NCBI GenBank assembly: GCA_012295275.1
Contig: CM022671.1
Location: 18,848,001 to 18,912,000, forward strand
Reading direction: 5' to 3'
Length of the DNA stretch: 64,000 nt
DNA from: Chrysomallon squamiferum
Lineage: Eukaryota > Animalia > Mollusca
Shown: piece by piece, positions 17,908 to 31,000 of the stretch
Layout: each line of letters opens with the position of its first letter
How positions within the stretch are numbered: the stretch's first letter is position 1
Translations under genes and position numbers: made by a program
Notes under the pieces: model-generated
Told to the model about the DNA's origin: nothing
Database searches by the model: none
Seen by the model: only the letters and a program-made list of their open reading frames with translations

Positions 17908-20900
17908 ATGGATACCCCAATGTCAACTCCTTTGCAAATGTCCACTGGGACAATAACTATTAATCAGTCACACATGAATTCTGATGTGATGAGTGATGGC
18001 ATCAGTGAACCGAGTTCACCAGAATCTACAACCTTTGATCCTCATGACCTATTATCAAATGCTGTATCAGATGATGTAACTGCTCAACTTGCAGCATCAG
18101 GTTAATTTTTATTTCTTTCTTCTTTTTTGTTGTTGTAATAATATATTTAATATTTAATATTTTTAAGTGAACAATAACAAATATTAACTTAATAATTTTG
18201 TTTTGAAATGTTATTTTGAAGGATGTTACTGTAAATTGTAAATGTGCGTTGGTAAAACATGAATATTTACATTTAGAATTTTGTTCCTAAACTAATTCAA
18301 GACACTATCCTTTCAGGTTTAATAGGGAAAGCTGCAGCTGCTGCCATTGTCTCGGCAAAGAAACGAAAACGAGCCCACCATTTTGAAACTAATCCAGCAA
18401 ACAGAAAACGACAGCAGACACGACTTTTGAGGTAACTGCTTTTCTTTTAAATCAACATACCTTATTGTCTGAAAGTAATAAACTGCAAAGTGTTTTTATT
18501 AAGTTGTGATTCAGATTAAAGAATTTGATACAGAAAGTTATGTAATTTTAAAATATGTTAATCCAAATATTATAAATTAAAAAAAAAACTTTTTTCAGAA
18601 AACTCAAGGTGTGTATTGAGGAGTACACCACACGGGTCGGACAGCAAGCTGTAGTTCTATGTTGTACTCCTGGCAAAGCCTCACAGTCTGGTGTTTCACT
18701 CAACTCATATAAAGTGTTTGGTTCCCAGCCTCTGGAAACTGTGGTAAGTGATTGTGAACATACAAACGTGTATTTAAAATCCATAAGATACACATTAAAA
18801 CAAATTTCAGATTATTAAGTATTAAATTACATTGACAACATGTCATGATAATTATATAGAGATGCTGAAATTGCTCAGGTAACCATTTTGTAACCTATTT
18901 TCAATTCTTGCAAATTTTGGTGAAAAATATTTTACTCATTGTTGAAAATGCCATGAACTACATCAACAGTGTGGGCCACTGAATGATATTCTTTCAAATT
19001 CTTGCTGCATTTGGATATATTGGCATAAAATTGGAAACGGATGCATTTTGCCCCATTTGCAATGTTCACTTTTCTGTGGTATTTAATTTAACAGTTTATA
19101 ATTATTCCTTTCAATTTATCAAAGACACGTTAAATACCTGTAACTTAAAACATTATGCTTTTAACTATATATCTAAATTTCTTAAACTTCATTATAAAAA
19201 ACAGGTTAATATTATGTTTATATGGAGTGCTTTTTATTCAGGATTTACCACACAGCATGATGAAATACTGTTTGAAATCTTTGTTTTAAATAATAAACTC
19301 TTCATAACTGCATTAAATAATTTATTTCACTCATAATTCTTATTATATATTTTTATTATTATGAATGTATAAAAATAAAAAATAAATTTAAAAAGGGTTA
19401 CACAAATATTTTTACCTTTAAATTTGTGCATTCCTGATTATATTTTGACTTTCATAACAAAATGGTAGGTAATTGTTATTACTGTATGTATTAAATTTCA
19501 GTTAAATTAAACTGAATTCAATAAAATAGAAGTTGCTGTTTGATGGGGTATTTTTTTAATGAAAACAAACTATCTGGTAAATTTATTTTCATCATTTGAT
19601 TTGTTTTTTGTTATACTGCTTTTAACTAATGTTTTGATTTTTCATCATAGATCCGGAACTGTAGAAATATGATAATGCAAGATTTAGAATCAGCCTTAGC
19701 TGACCAGGCACCAGTAAATGCTGAAAATTCTGGCATGCAGGATTTGCCTCCCTTGTCAATTGATGGCATTCCAACTGCTGTTGATAAAATGACACAAGTA
19801 TGACATAGAATACATTAGATTTTATTTCTTTTGTAATTTGAGTTAATTATTTTTAAGACACATGCGTTTTAAAACTGTTTGACTTGATGGTAAATCAAAT
19901 ACATGTGTGATTATAATGATATTCAATAATGCTGCTTGACAAATTTCCATTTGAAAACAAAGTTTACTATTCAGTATTTAAAGTCTTTGTGATTGAAACA
20001 AATCATTTAGTTTCAAATAGGTTGAAGTTTGAAATAATTTTATCATGTGTAGAGTGTAGTTAAACTAAAATAAAAATCTTATACTATTTAAATTCATTAA
20101 CATCTTTGTGGCTGTTTGTAGGCCCAGCTTCGAGCTTTTATCCCTTTAATGTTGAAGTATTCCACTGGTCGAGGCAAGCCAGGCTGGGGAAAGTTGGAAT
20201 ACAGGCCAGTTTGGTGGCCCAATGATCTGCCTTGGGCCAATGTCCGAAGTGATGCCAGATCAGAAGAGGAGAAACAAAAGGTTCATTTTCTTCAGAACTG
20301 AGAGAATTTAATGTAAAATATTATATTTACTGTGACATTTAATTGGTTATTTACAACGTTTAATATTAATAATTAAAACTTGGTATTTATGATACTATTT
20401 AATTAAAAAAATAAGTAAATTATCCTTCGGACAATTATTATAATTTAATTAAAGTGATACCTTGTTTATAAGTATAACTAACTTAAAATCAATACTTTCT
20501 AGGTCTCATGGACTGAAGCGCTTAGAACAATCGTTAAAAATTGTTACAAGAACCACGGTCGAGAAGAACTGTTACATGCATTCAGTGAGGATATGTCACT
20601 AAGCCATTCACAGGCCTCTCAGCAGCCAACACAGTACAGTGGTACCATGGTCCAAACTGTTAATAATCCAGATGGAACAGTTTCTTTGGTTCAGATAGAT
20701 ACTGCTCATGTTGGTAGTATTGTTACTTTACCTGATGGCACTCAAGCTACAGTTGTTCACGCTGTAAGTAATTCTTCTCTTTGTTTAATTTCTGGTATAT
20801 ACAGGGTGATTGAAAAGTTATTACCTATTTTAAACAGTTCATAATTTTTTAATTTGCAGTTACTTTTTTCTCTATTCCTTCATGTATGTTATTTAATATA

Positions 20901-22316
20901 TGAAAATTAAATCTTGTTATTTTCTTTTCAGATTAATTATTTTGTTTAAAATTAAAAAACCCTATTAAGATGCAAAGAAAGTTGACTCTAAAAGAACATG
21001 CCCAGGTAGCATCACGCTACAAAGTTTGGAAGTCTGTCATTCAAGTGCAAATAACAGATTTCCAAACTTCATAGAGTGATGGGCACGTTCTTTTAGAGTC
21101 AACTTTCTTTGCATCTTAATAGGGTTTTTGAATTTTAAACAAAATAATTAATCTGAAAAGAAAAACAATAATACTTTTAAACAAAATAATCATCTGAAAA
21201 GAAAATAACAATCTAGATTTAATTTTCATATATTAAATAACATACATGAAGGAATTGAGAAAAAAGTAACTGCAAATTAAAAAATAATGAACTGTTTAAA
21301 ATAGGGAATGACTTTTCAATCACCCTGTATATCTAAATCAACAAAAATACAGATAAATGTATTCGGTATTAAATATATTAATGTTTCATATTGGCAAGAA
21401 AACAACATATATACATTAATCTCTTTTGTGTTACAGTTATCTCAAATGTCTCAGTTATATAACACAATCTGGCATGAAAAAACCCCATAAAACCCCAACA
21501 TCTTTGTTCAGTGTATAAAAGAAATGTTGGGAAATAAAATACACTAATAAACTGTATTTAATTTTTGTTTGTGATTCATATTTTTCAGATCAATGATAAC
21601 CAACATGAAGCCTCACAGGCTGTTCAAACATTGGCTGAAGTGGCTACCAGTCAAAATAACATGGGTGCTCCTGTGGCCACTGTCATCAATCCCACCATGG
21701 GTATGTTGAACCACACTGCAGGCTCAGCAAATGCTCTTCCAACAACGATAGGTCAAGATGGAAATCAGCTCATTTTCACTGGAGAAGCAGCGTTAGGCTC
21801 TGTTGACTGTCCTACAGGTATTTTGTTCATTGAATATACAGGAAGTATTGTTAGATCTGAAAAAAAAATGAAGAAAAAAGTATACTGTTTGGATTTTATA
21901 CTGAATCTCTTAACTGAATTAAAATTAATTATTTCTAAATCCACAAATTAAAATGCTGGCTTATAATGAAGCACGTTTAATTTTACATATAGCAATCAAG
22001 ATGACATATGATTGGTCTTCAGCCATTCTAGTCTTCATAGATGTCATTTGTATGAACTTCTTAACAATTTGTTTACATACTTTTTTCTATTTCAGGTGTA
22101 ATTACAATTCCAGTTTCCCTGTATCAAATAGTCGGTGCACCTGGTGTAACATACACTTCAAACCATATTGACACCAGTCAGCAGAATCTCACTGTTTCTA
22201 TGGATACAAGCCAGATGTCTTCAATGCAGCTACCAACTTCATCCATCAACGATGTTACAAAGAGTGAATTAACTGTGTCTAACGTTGAAGTTATGCCAAT
22301 CAATGAAAGTTCTTGA
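17908..22316 (+). CDS. NRF1: Nuclear respiratory factor 1 / erect wing / P3A2 transcription factor, ~489 aa
   Basis: Eight coding exons: 17908-18100, 18317-18431, 18599-18743, 19651-19797, 20122-20280, 20503-20763, 21589-21817, 22096-22316 (1470 nt, in frame). Diagnostic peptides: DDVTAQLAASG, KKRKRAHHFETNPANRKRQQTRLLRKL, EYTTRVGQQAVVLC, KMTQAQLRAFIPLMLKYSTGRGKPGWGK, WWPNDLPWANVRSD, VSWTEALRTIVKNCYK, VQTVNNPDGTVSLVQID. Confidence 0.97.
20802..21327. mobile_element. 526-bp palindromic (foldback) Tc1/mariner-type MITE with TA target duplication
   Basis: TA|CAGGGTGATTGAAAAGT ... ACTTTTCAATCACCCTG|TA. The arms are near-perfect reverse complements up to a small loop near 21040-21048. The right arm has a ~40-bp internal duplication. 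Confidence 0.92.
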
Positions 22317-23735
22317 CAGGCATTTTAATGTTACATGTTTGTGATGTAAAATCATGTGTATACATTTGTATATGTGCATAGATATCTTGAACTTTTTAAA
22401 TATCAACCAGTGGTGTTTTTAGTCAAGTTCTCTTCAGATATCATTTTGAGAACAAAATGAATTGTAGACATCAAAAGTGCCAGACTTAGAACTTGTTATA
22501 AGTTCAGATATTCCAAAATTACAATACAAACAGATACTTTAAAATAAAATGTTTAAAAAAATATATACATTTTACAAATCCTAATTAATTTGCATTTGAT
22601 ACTCCTCTGCCTGTAATACTGTTTTAGTATCCTTACCCAGAAATTTTTTTGAACAGCCAAAATAGTAATATGTCACAGTTTTCAGATGGTTCAGCATACA
22701 AAAACTTTATTTCGTGCTTAAAATTATGAAAAATAGTGTATTATAAGTAAAAGATGTATATGAAATATAAACTGATTGCATGCCATCTCTTTATAATCCT
22801 AACTCTGAAACACTTCTAGTCTCAAACATTTCAGGTGTATTGTTAATTTTAAACTATTATTAATTTTACAATAAATACTTCTTCATTGGTATTATACTTT
22901 ATCTTTATCTGTGGATAAAGTACAAATGATAAAATGTTATCAAATGATTAAATTGACCTATTATGACAATGAAAAATGTAATTTGTTGAGAAAATACTAT
23001 TTGGAGAGATTTCAATTAAAAACATTTATATTTCCTACTTATAGAGCAACTTTGTTAATTGGGAGTGCATATATACTCAGTTTGCTAATAATAAGTATAG
23101 ATATTTATATGATTGTTTCCTTTAATTTCTGATAATGAATTCAGTAAATGTACTATGTACTCTAAATTAAATTAAATTGATTGGTTAATAAATTGGATAA
23201 TTGTTGAGAATTATTACATTGATATGTAAATACTGTCATAATTTATTCAATTGCACAGTATTGTACACATTCCAGTTACATTTCATGATGCACAAAAAAA
23301 ATGTTATCACTTTTTTAAAATATGAAAATAATTTGTCTAGTATGTTGTATTTACTTATAAAATTATTAACTGGTACATTCACTAAATGTGAAAGAATGCA
23401 TTTCGTGTTTTTTGATTATTATTATTATTTATTTATTTATTTCCTTATCAATATGGTCAGTTGTTTTTGTGGTTGAAGTAAAATTTTTATGTGTTTGTAT
23501 CAAATGAAAATAAAGTAAAGTGATTTATATTTCTTTACACATACATTTTATGTATAAATGTGTAAAGGAATGTCATTTTCTAAAAAAGATGTTTAATGTA
23601 GGTGATACTGTTGCACTTGAATAACTAATAAAACCATAAAACTGACAAAAAAATGGATAAATGGATAAGGAGCCAGAAGAATGAAAATATTTTTGACTTT
23701 GAGATTAAACTTAACTTTATAAATGTTTTTGTGAA

Positions 23736-23768
<33 letters not shown>

Positions 23769-25098
23769 TGACTTTTAACATGGTTACATTCAGTTAGCAA
23801 GATTTAAAAGAATAATTGACATTTTATATTAGTAAATGGTTGAAAAACAAAAACTGTATTTACTTTTTAAGACGTTTAATAACTTGATGACAGAACTTGT
23901 CAGTTACATTATAAATGTTTGATTATTTTATGTGCAATATTTCCATTTTATATCTGCTTATTAACATTAATTATTGTGATACTTAATATACTGTTAAGAA
24001 TTGATGAAATATATTTTAACCATAAGCTGTGATAGCAAATTGGAAAAAAAAATGAAATGAAAAGTCGTCTTTTTGAGAATTTTATCTTAAAATTTTTTGC
24101 AGGAAAATGAATTGATTTTAAAAAATGTTAAATAATTCAGCTGTTCCAATTATAAATTATATTTAATTTATTTATTTGTTTTTTTTGTCTCCAGTTACTT
24201 CTATTCTGCATGTTGTTGAATGTATGTACCAAAATAGAAATCACAGCTGGATTGTGAAACTGCTCAGTGTTTTATAAATGATACCACATTTCAATTGAAA
24301 GTTGATATATATATAACTTTGTACAATGAAACAATAAAAGAGATTAACAAAATTAACAGTTTGATGTTTTGTCTTCTTATGATATGATAGTTTGTTCTTG
24401 AAATAATATTGCTCTGATTTGTACTCTGTATATAATTTAATAACAGTGGAAACAAATTGATGAGGAAATTGATATAATTTAGATGTCATGGTAAATTACT
24501 GTGATGGGTTTCCATGTGGTGCTATTTGTGTTATTTCTGTTTCCTCATGACTGGTTTATTATAGATTGTGGTAGGTCATTTTCTGTCAGTTGATTGATTT
24601 TACATGACACCAGGTTTCCTTTCCCATATACAAAAGTTGTGACATCAAATAATTTAATATTAAAAAGTGATAAAGAAAAAATGTATGGGAAATTTGTGTG
24701 CAATAATTTTCTTTAATTCTTTTTTTTTTTCTCTTTTTTTTTTAATCTATTAAGAATATTTCAGCAGTTTGGCTAATAATTATCTGAGTGGTACTGCTAT
24801 GTGTAATAGCATGTAAATGCAGTTTAACAAAGGAAATTAACAGATGACCATTTACTGCTTGTTTGACAATTTTAACAGGCTAATTCTGAATTAATAAATT
24901 TTAAAGAAATAAAATTTGACAAAATTAAATATTGACATAGGGTCGTTTTACAGACATCACTGCTAATTTAATATGTTTTAGCCACAGTTACTGCTTTAGT
25001 TTAAATTTTCTATTAACCATTTGCATTTATAATAGAGTAATTTTATTGATCTGTTTCGAGTTGTTTCCTCTTGTGATAGACGTCGCTGCAGTCTAAAC

Positions 25099-28000
25099 AT
25101 GGAGGTTGGTTTAGCATCGAAAAGAAGTGGTGTCCCTAAATTGAGGGAACTGTTGAGACGAAGAAGAGATTCGGAGGTTCAGTTTTCTTTTTATATTATA
25201 ATATTGGCATGGATACCGCTAGGAGCAGGTCAGCCGGACCCCGAACTAATTTCTTGCGTTTTCACCAGCTCTCTACCTTTAGAAGCTACCAATGCTGAAT
25301 GCGCCGATTGCCCTAGCCCAGGCAATTCTTATTTCTTCAGACACTGAGACAGTCACAGTGAATCACTCAATTAATGAATTATTGAAAATTACCGTATTTG
25401 TCCCATTCATTTTATAGAGAAACAAAAAATTAACAATATATAGTTGCTTACAAGTTACATTGTAATTTAGAGAATAAAGTTTTGACTGCATGGAAAATAC
25501 CGTCTTTCGAAAAAATTCACATATTAACAATTCATTTATCATCTTACGTCATATTCATACTCATATCGTAATACTGTAGTGTAAATAATTTTGTTGTAGC
25601 CATGTCAATAGGGAATAATGGCCACTGAAATAATTTAAATCCTGCTTATGCAGTAACTTGAGTAAGCAATATTTATATTAGGTATGTGGATAAATTTTTC
25701 AATCCCCACTAATCTGAAAATAAATAAGACAGTTGGGTAGAGCTTGTAAACCACTTTAAAATGATACCAAGATCAAGTGAATATGTAAAAAATTAAGGAA
25801 GTAGCAGCAATTTTAAACCCCCTGATTAAACGCTATATAAGTCATTAGAGGTTTGTGACCAAAAATAGTAATATTTTAACATTTTCCCCTCTATCTTCAG
25901 TGAAGACCAATGCCAATCTCTGCTATCGATTATATTTGTAAAAATTAAAAAGAAGTTATTAATTAAGGTACCAGCAACCTAACAAACAATAATTTATGTG
26001 GACAAAAAATTCAAACACTACCAACTTCAACATAAATAACATTGCTGAAAAGAACTCTTAAAAACCCTATAAAAGACAACAAACATCATGTGATTCTGTT
26101 ATGTATTAAGGAAGTTACAGCATTTTAACGTTTTCAATTAACACTAATTAATTGTCCTAGTATTTAATGCATTTGCATTACAATGGCATGACCAAAATCC
26201 TATTGTTTTTCACTAAAATGCATGTAACTTTCTTAATAATGAAATTTTATTAGTGAAATTTGGACTGAAGCTATTAAAAATGCAAGCTATTAAAAATCGA
26301 GGGTAGAAATCACTTCAGTTTCACTCGAATTTTCATCCGCCATGTTTGATTTTGAAGCCATTTCGATGTTACAGCTCCTCTTTCCGGCGTGTGTAATTTT
26401 TCACATATAATAAAATTAAATATTGTTCTTCGCCTCCATCTACCTTAGATTATCCTCCGATAACGAAAACGACCGATTTTAACGTGTTGAATACGAAACA
26501 AATTTTCGAACTCTCCTCTGAAATGAACCAATTGACCGAATTGAAAAATTCGAAAACGAGTGAGTATACAGGAATTTCCCGCTAATTATACCATCAGGGA
26601 TAACCGAAACTCCCAACCCCTGACTAACGAGAAGCGATTTACGCAGAGACACCACTTGCCATCGGGGAAATCCCGATCACACGGATTTGGCAGAAAATGG
26701 CGTACGCAGTTCCGGCAGAAATACACATACCTATTTATATGAATTAGCTATTACTATTTGTATTATAAATCATGTTGATTTTACTATAACAAACTTACCA
26801 AAGACAAGAGTTACTAAATAAAACTCTATAAAAATTATTTTTAAGTGACATGTAGTGGATTCAACTGTAATATTTTATTAGTATATATGTGCATGATCAA
26901 GCCGACATCAAATGCTAATGCAGCATTAAAAAGTTTGCTTCTTTTTATCGAAAAATTAAAAATCTTAAAATAGTAATATATTCCAAAAGAAACTTTGAAT
27001 TCTAAATGTTTTTTGTTTGCTTCTTTATTATTAGATTTGCTTGTGTAGTCAACAAAATGAAATTTATGTGCATTGCATTACTATTCTGTTCCCTTGAAGC
27101 AGAAATAAATATTTATCACATGCACACACACTGACAGTGATAAAGATTCAAAACAAAATTAAAGGAGGAAAATAAAACTATTGATAATTATTTTATTTGC
27201 AGACAATGTCTGAGGTACCTGATATTGAATTTGTGTATGATGATGCTGATCAGTATTCCACAGAGATAGCAGGTATCTATTGGTTGTGTTTGTTAAATAG
27301 AAAAGAAATTATAACTGAATTTATAAAAAGTACCATGATATTAACTTATGATATACTTACACTTCTTATAAGCTAGATCAGAACTTCTTTTTTCAATTTT
27401 TCAGGTTTTTTAGTGTAATACAAGAATAAGTAATTATATTAACTATCTCTTCTTTTTCTTTCTGTCAGCTTATACATAAATGTGTGTGTGTGTGTGTTTA
27501 GATAGATAGATAAATAAATTTATTATGCATTATTATACATTTTTCCCAGAACTCTACAGCTACACTGAGGAACCTGAATTTGAACAGAATCAGTTATGTT
27601 ATGAACAACTTAGTAGAGATCATGGTATGTTCTTTGACAGATATATTCACTGATACTCTTTTGCACAGTGAAATTAGTACAGTATTTAAACACCTTTTCT
27701 ATTCTTTTTTTTTCTTAATGTCTTTGATCCATTTTTCATTTTTATTGTATTTGTATCATTATTTGAAGGAGGAGTATGAGTTTTTATGTATTTTTTTCAT
27801 TTAAATTTACATATTTACTTTGTAACATAAATATCTCTTCTTACAATTATGTCTAATTTAAAAATTAAAAGTTTTTTTTTCTTTTTTTCAGGTGTTTCTA
27901 AATGGACTGCTGCCTCTGACAGTTCAAGGAAAAAATTTATTGTTTACCTCCAGAATGAACTTGAAGTTGCCAACAGAACACGACGTATGAAGGCCGTTCA

Positions 28001-31000
28001 GGCTGTTTTGTACTTAGTTCAAGGTATGAACAATTTCCATAATTGCTAGGGAATAAGCCCACAAGGCTAAAGCTTTAATTATCAATATAAAATTAACAAA
28101 CATGCTTCAAGAAGTAAATATACAGAAAACGTGATTATATTTCAGTTAATAATTCACATACAGCAATATCAAAGACATAAGGAAGTCATTTTAAGTTTAT
28201 TTTCTGTTTCAGAATATGAAGTATAAAATAAGATACACAGTTTCCAAACTAATCCAAGAATTAACTTAATACATCATTTACATGTACTGACTGTTATTCC
28301 AGTTCATTTTGGTTACACCCTCCAAAATACTACATTTCTTTGATATCATTATTCTAATACCCCTAGTACAAAGAATTGCTGTGTATCATTGTTATTTGGT
28401 CCCCACACATTTCAAATGAAATTATGAATTATCACAGCTGTCATCCGTCTATTTTCTGTTGTCTGGAGCATTCATTGTTTGCAATACTTGTGAACCCAAA
28501 ACTCCATTCTTTTTCAGTAAAAATTATTAGTGCTTTTTTGTATGTTTGTTTCCACTAGCTATCAGTACAGCAATATATTCTTCTTGTTGTTTTTTATTAT
28601 TACTAATGTCCTATATTGGGATTTCATTGACAGAAAATGCATTGTCATGGAAGTAAATTGTTTTGTATTTTTTATTTGTTTTTAACAGGGGTATTTGCAG
28701 AGTGTGTGTGTGAAGATGACCAAATGGAATGGGCCAGAAAAAATGTCCTTTTACTGTATGAAGCTGGACTTTTTATTTCCTTTGTGCAGTTACTTGCTAT
28801 GGAAATAGAGTAAATATTTCTTATTTTGAAATTATTTTGTTTTCTTTTTTGTCGTCAGTTGACATTTTGTTTACAATAAACAGACAGGTGTGGAATACAA
28901 AAGTTCATGCCTTGATTAAGACATGTTAGAACAATTTAGAAATTTTTATACTGAATTCCAATTTGTTTTTTGTTTAAAAATTCTAGATTTTTTATGAACA
29001 TTCCTCGAAACTTAGACGGAATATAATATATATTCTAACAAGAATTCAAACTTAATATTTTCAGTTTAGTGATTCATTAAATGTTGGTTAAATGTTTACC
29101 TGTTATTTTAAATGTCCAAAAATAGTTTGCTTCTGCAATTCATTAGGAAGCCATAACCATAAAAATAATGTCAGTAAACATTTGTTATATAATAATCAAA
29201 TTGAGGTTAATTCATTGATCAACTTTGACTTATTAAACATTATAGTAATACAACAGCTGCAACCCAAGCTTTGAGAAAACCAGCAGTGTCTGTAGCTGAT
29301 AGCAAAGAATTGAGGTAAAACTGATAATTTATTTCTGAATTTTGCAGGGTTAATAACATTTTATCATTTCAGTTTCCTCAGTTTTTCTTCAAATTATAAA
29401 ATACCAATAAAAATTTGGTGGGTTTTTTTTTTAATTCTTACATTCTTTACTAAATATAAATATATTTTATTTTCACAAAGCTATTATAAACAGATAAACA
29501 AATTTATTACAAAATCTGTGTGGTACATTATAAATGTTAAAATCAAAAATAAAATCAATTAAAATTTGACCTTCGTTTGAATAAATATATTTCATCTTAT
29601 TTTAACAGGGCCATTCTGAATGTACTGTACACAATCGTTGAGACTATGAGGTTACCAGGTGAAGAAGAAACAGAAAGTGATAGAGAGGCTAGAGACACAT
29701 TCAAATCAGAACTTAGTAAGAATTTTGTTATATGTACAATATCTAAGCTAAATATTTGTACAATATATGTACTGAGCTTAACAAATTCAAATTGTGTAAG
29801 ATTATAACTGATACTAATAATTATCCATGTTTTTTGTATAAAACCTATTTGAAATTTAAGCCTGATAATTTATTGTTCTTCCAGATCAACCAGTTATAGG
29901 AGAAGATTCTTTAGCAGTTGCATTGTTCTCCATGGTAACCAGATTCTGTAGCGGCTGTTCCCCTCACTTTCCTATGAAGAAAGTTCTACTGTTATTGTGG
30001 AAAGTTGTACTAGTAAGTGGTACTAACAGTTTATACAAGTTGGTAATCAAGAATTTGTGTGGTTTATGTTATCTCTGCTGTTTCATAGTTTTGTAGTTAT
30101 CATGTTTTCCAGTACTCTGACCATGATGAGTCAAATTTTTCAGTTTACTACTAGTTAAAAAATCAAGTGTATTTTCAGTCTTTATTTAACAAAAATAATG
30201 GCTGTTATATTTATACACATTAAATTATGTTATATGAAAATTTGATGCTTACTCCTAAGAAAGCTGGTCTGAGAGGTGTTGGATTGAAGACTTAATCTTT
30301 CTTCATTTCTTCAGCAAGTAACAGCAATAATTTTGTCAAAGTCTGTGTTTTATTTATAAATATATAACTATAGGTTTCACTGGGAGGGTTAAAAAATCTT
30401 CAAGATACAAAGAACAAAGTCAGAGAAAAGCATGGCCTGCCACCTTTACCTGAAGATACTTATGAAGTGTGTAAGAACATGAGAGCTTCATCTCCTCCTG
30501 CTTCAGCTACAGATCTTATAGAACAGCAGGCTCCAAGGAGAGGACCAAGAGGAGGTAAAAGAGTAAGTATTTCTAGAGTGTAACGGTTTTATCTTGTATT
30601 AAAGAAATGTTATCATTGATAAATGCACTGAAGTATTGTTTCAGTAGTCATTTAACTGTTCCTGTTGAATTTAAGTAATACACATGTATCTATATATATA
30701 TAAAGAAATATATACACACATATACAAAATGGTGTATTATCTGTGTTGTTATTATATAAATGCAGGCTTCTCAGTTCTCAGCTGATTTTGTATGGTTCAA
30801 CTTCTAAAGTAATATAAAATGGTGTCTTGAAAATAAATAAAGATAAAAGTGAATTATATAATATGCAGATAAACTATTAAAAATGCAGAATTCTGAAGCT
30901 TTATTTGTATAAATCTTTGGTTATCACAAAACAGAATGCATCTTTGTTTGTTATTACCTACAGCTTTCTTCATATTTATAATAAATGTTACATTTAGAAA

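Noticed and set aside
22317-25000. Search for the miR-96/182/183 cluster expected from vertebrate synteny downstream of NRF1
   Set aside because: No mature-sequence match seen by eye in this interval or elsewhere in the window.
25220-25330. GGAGCAGGTCA and AGCCCAGGCAA resemble pieces of SRP/7SL RNA
   Set aside because: Flanking sequence and spacing do not match SRP RNA; probably a chance match.
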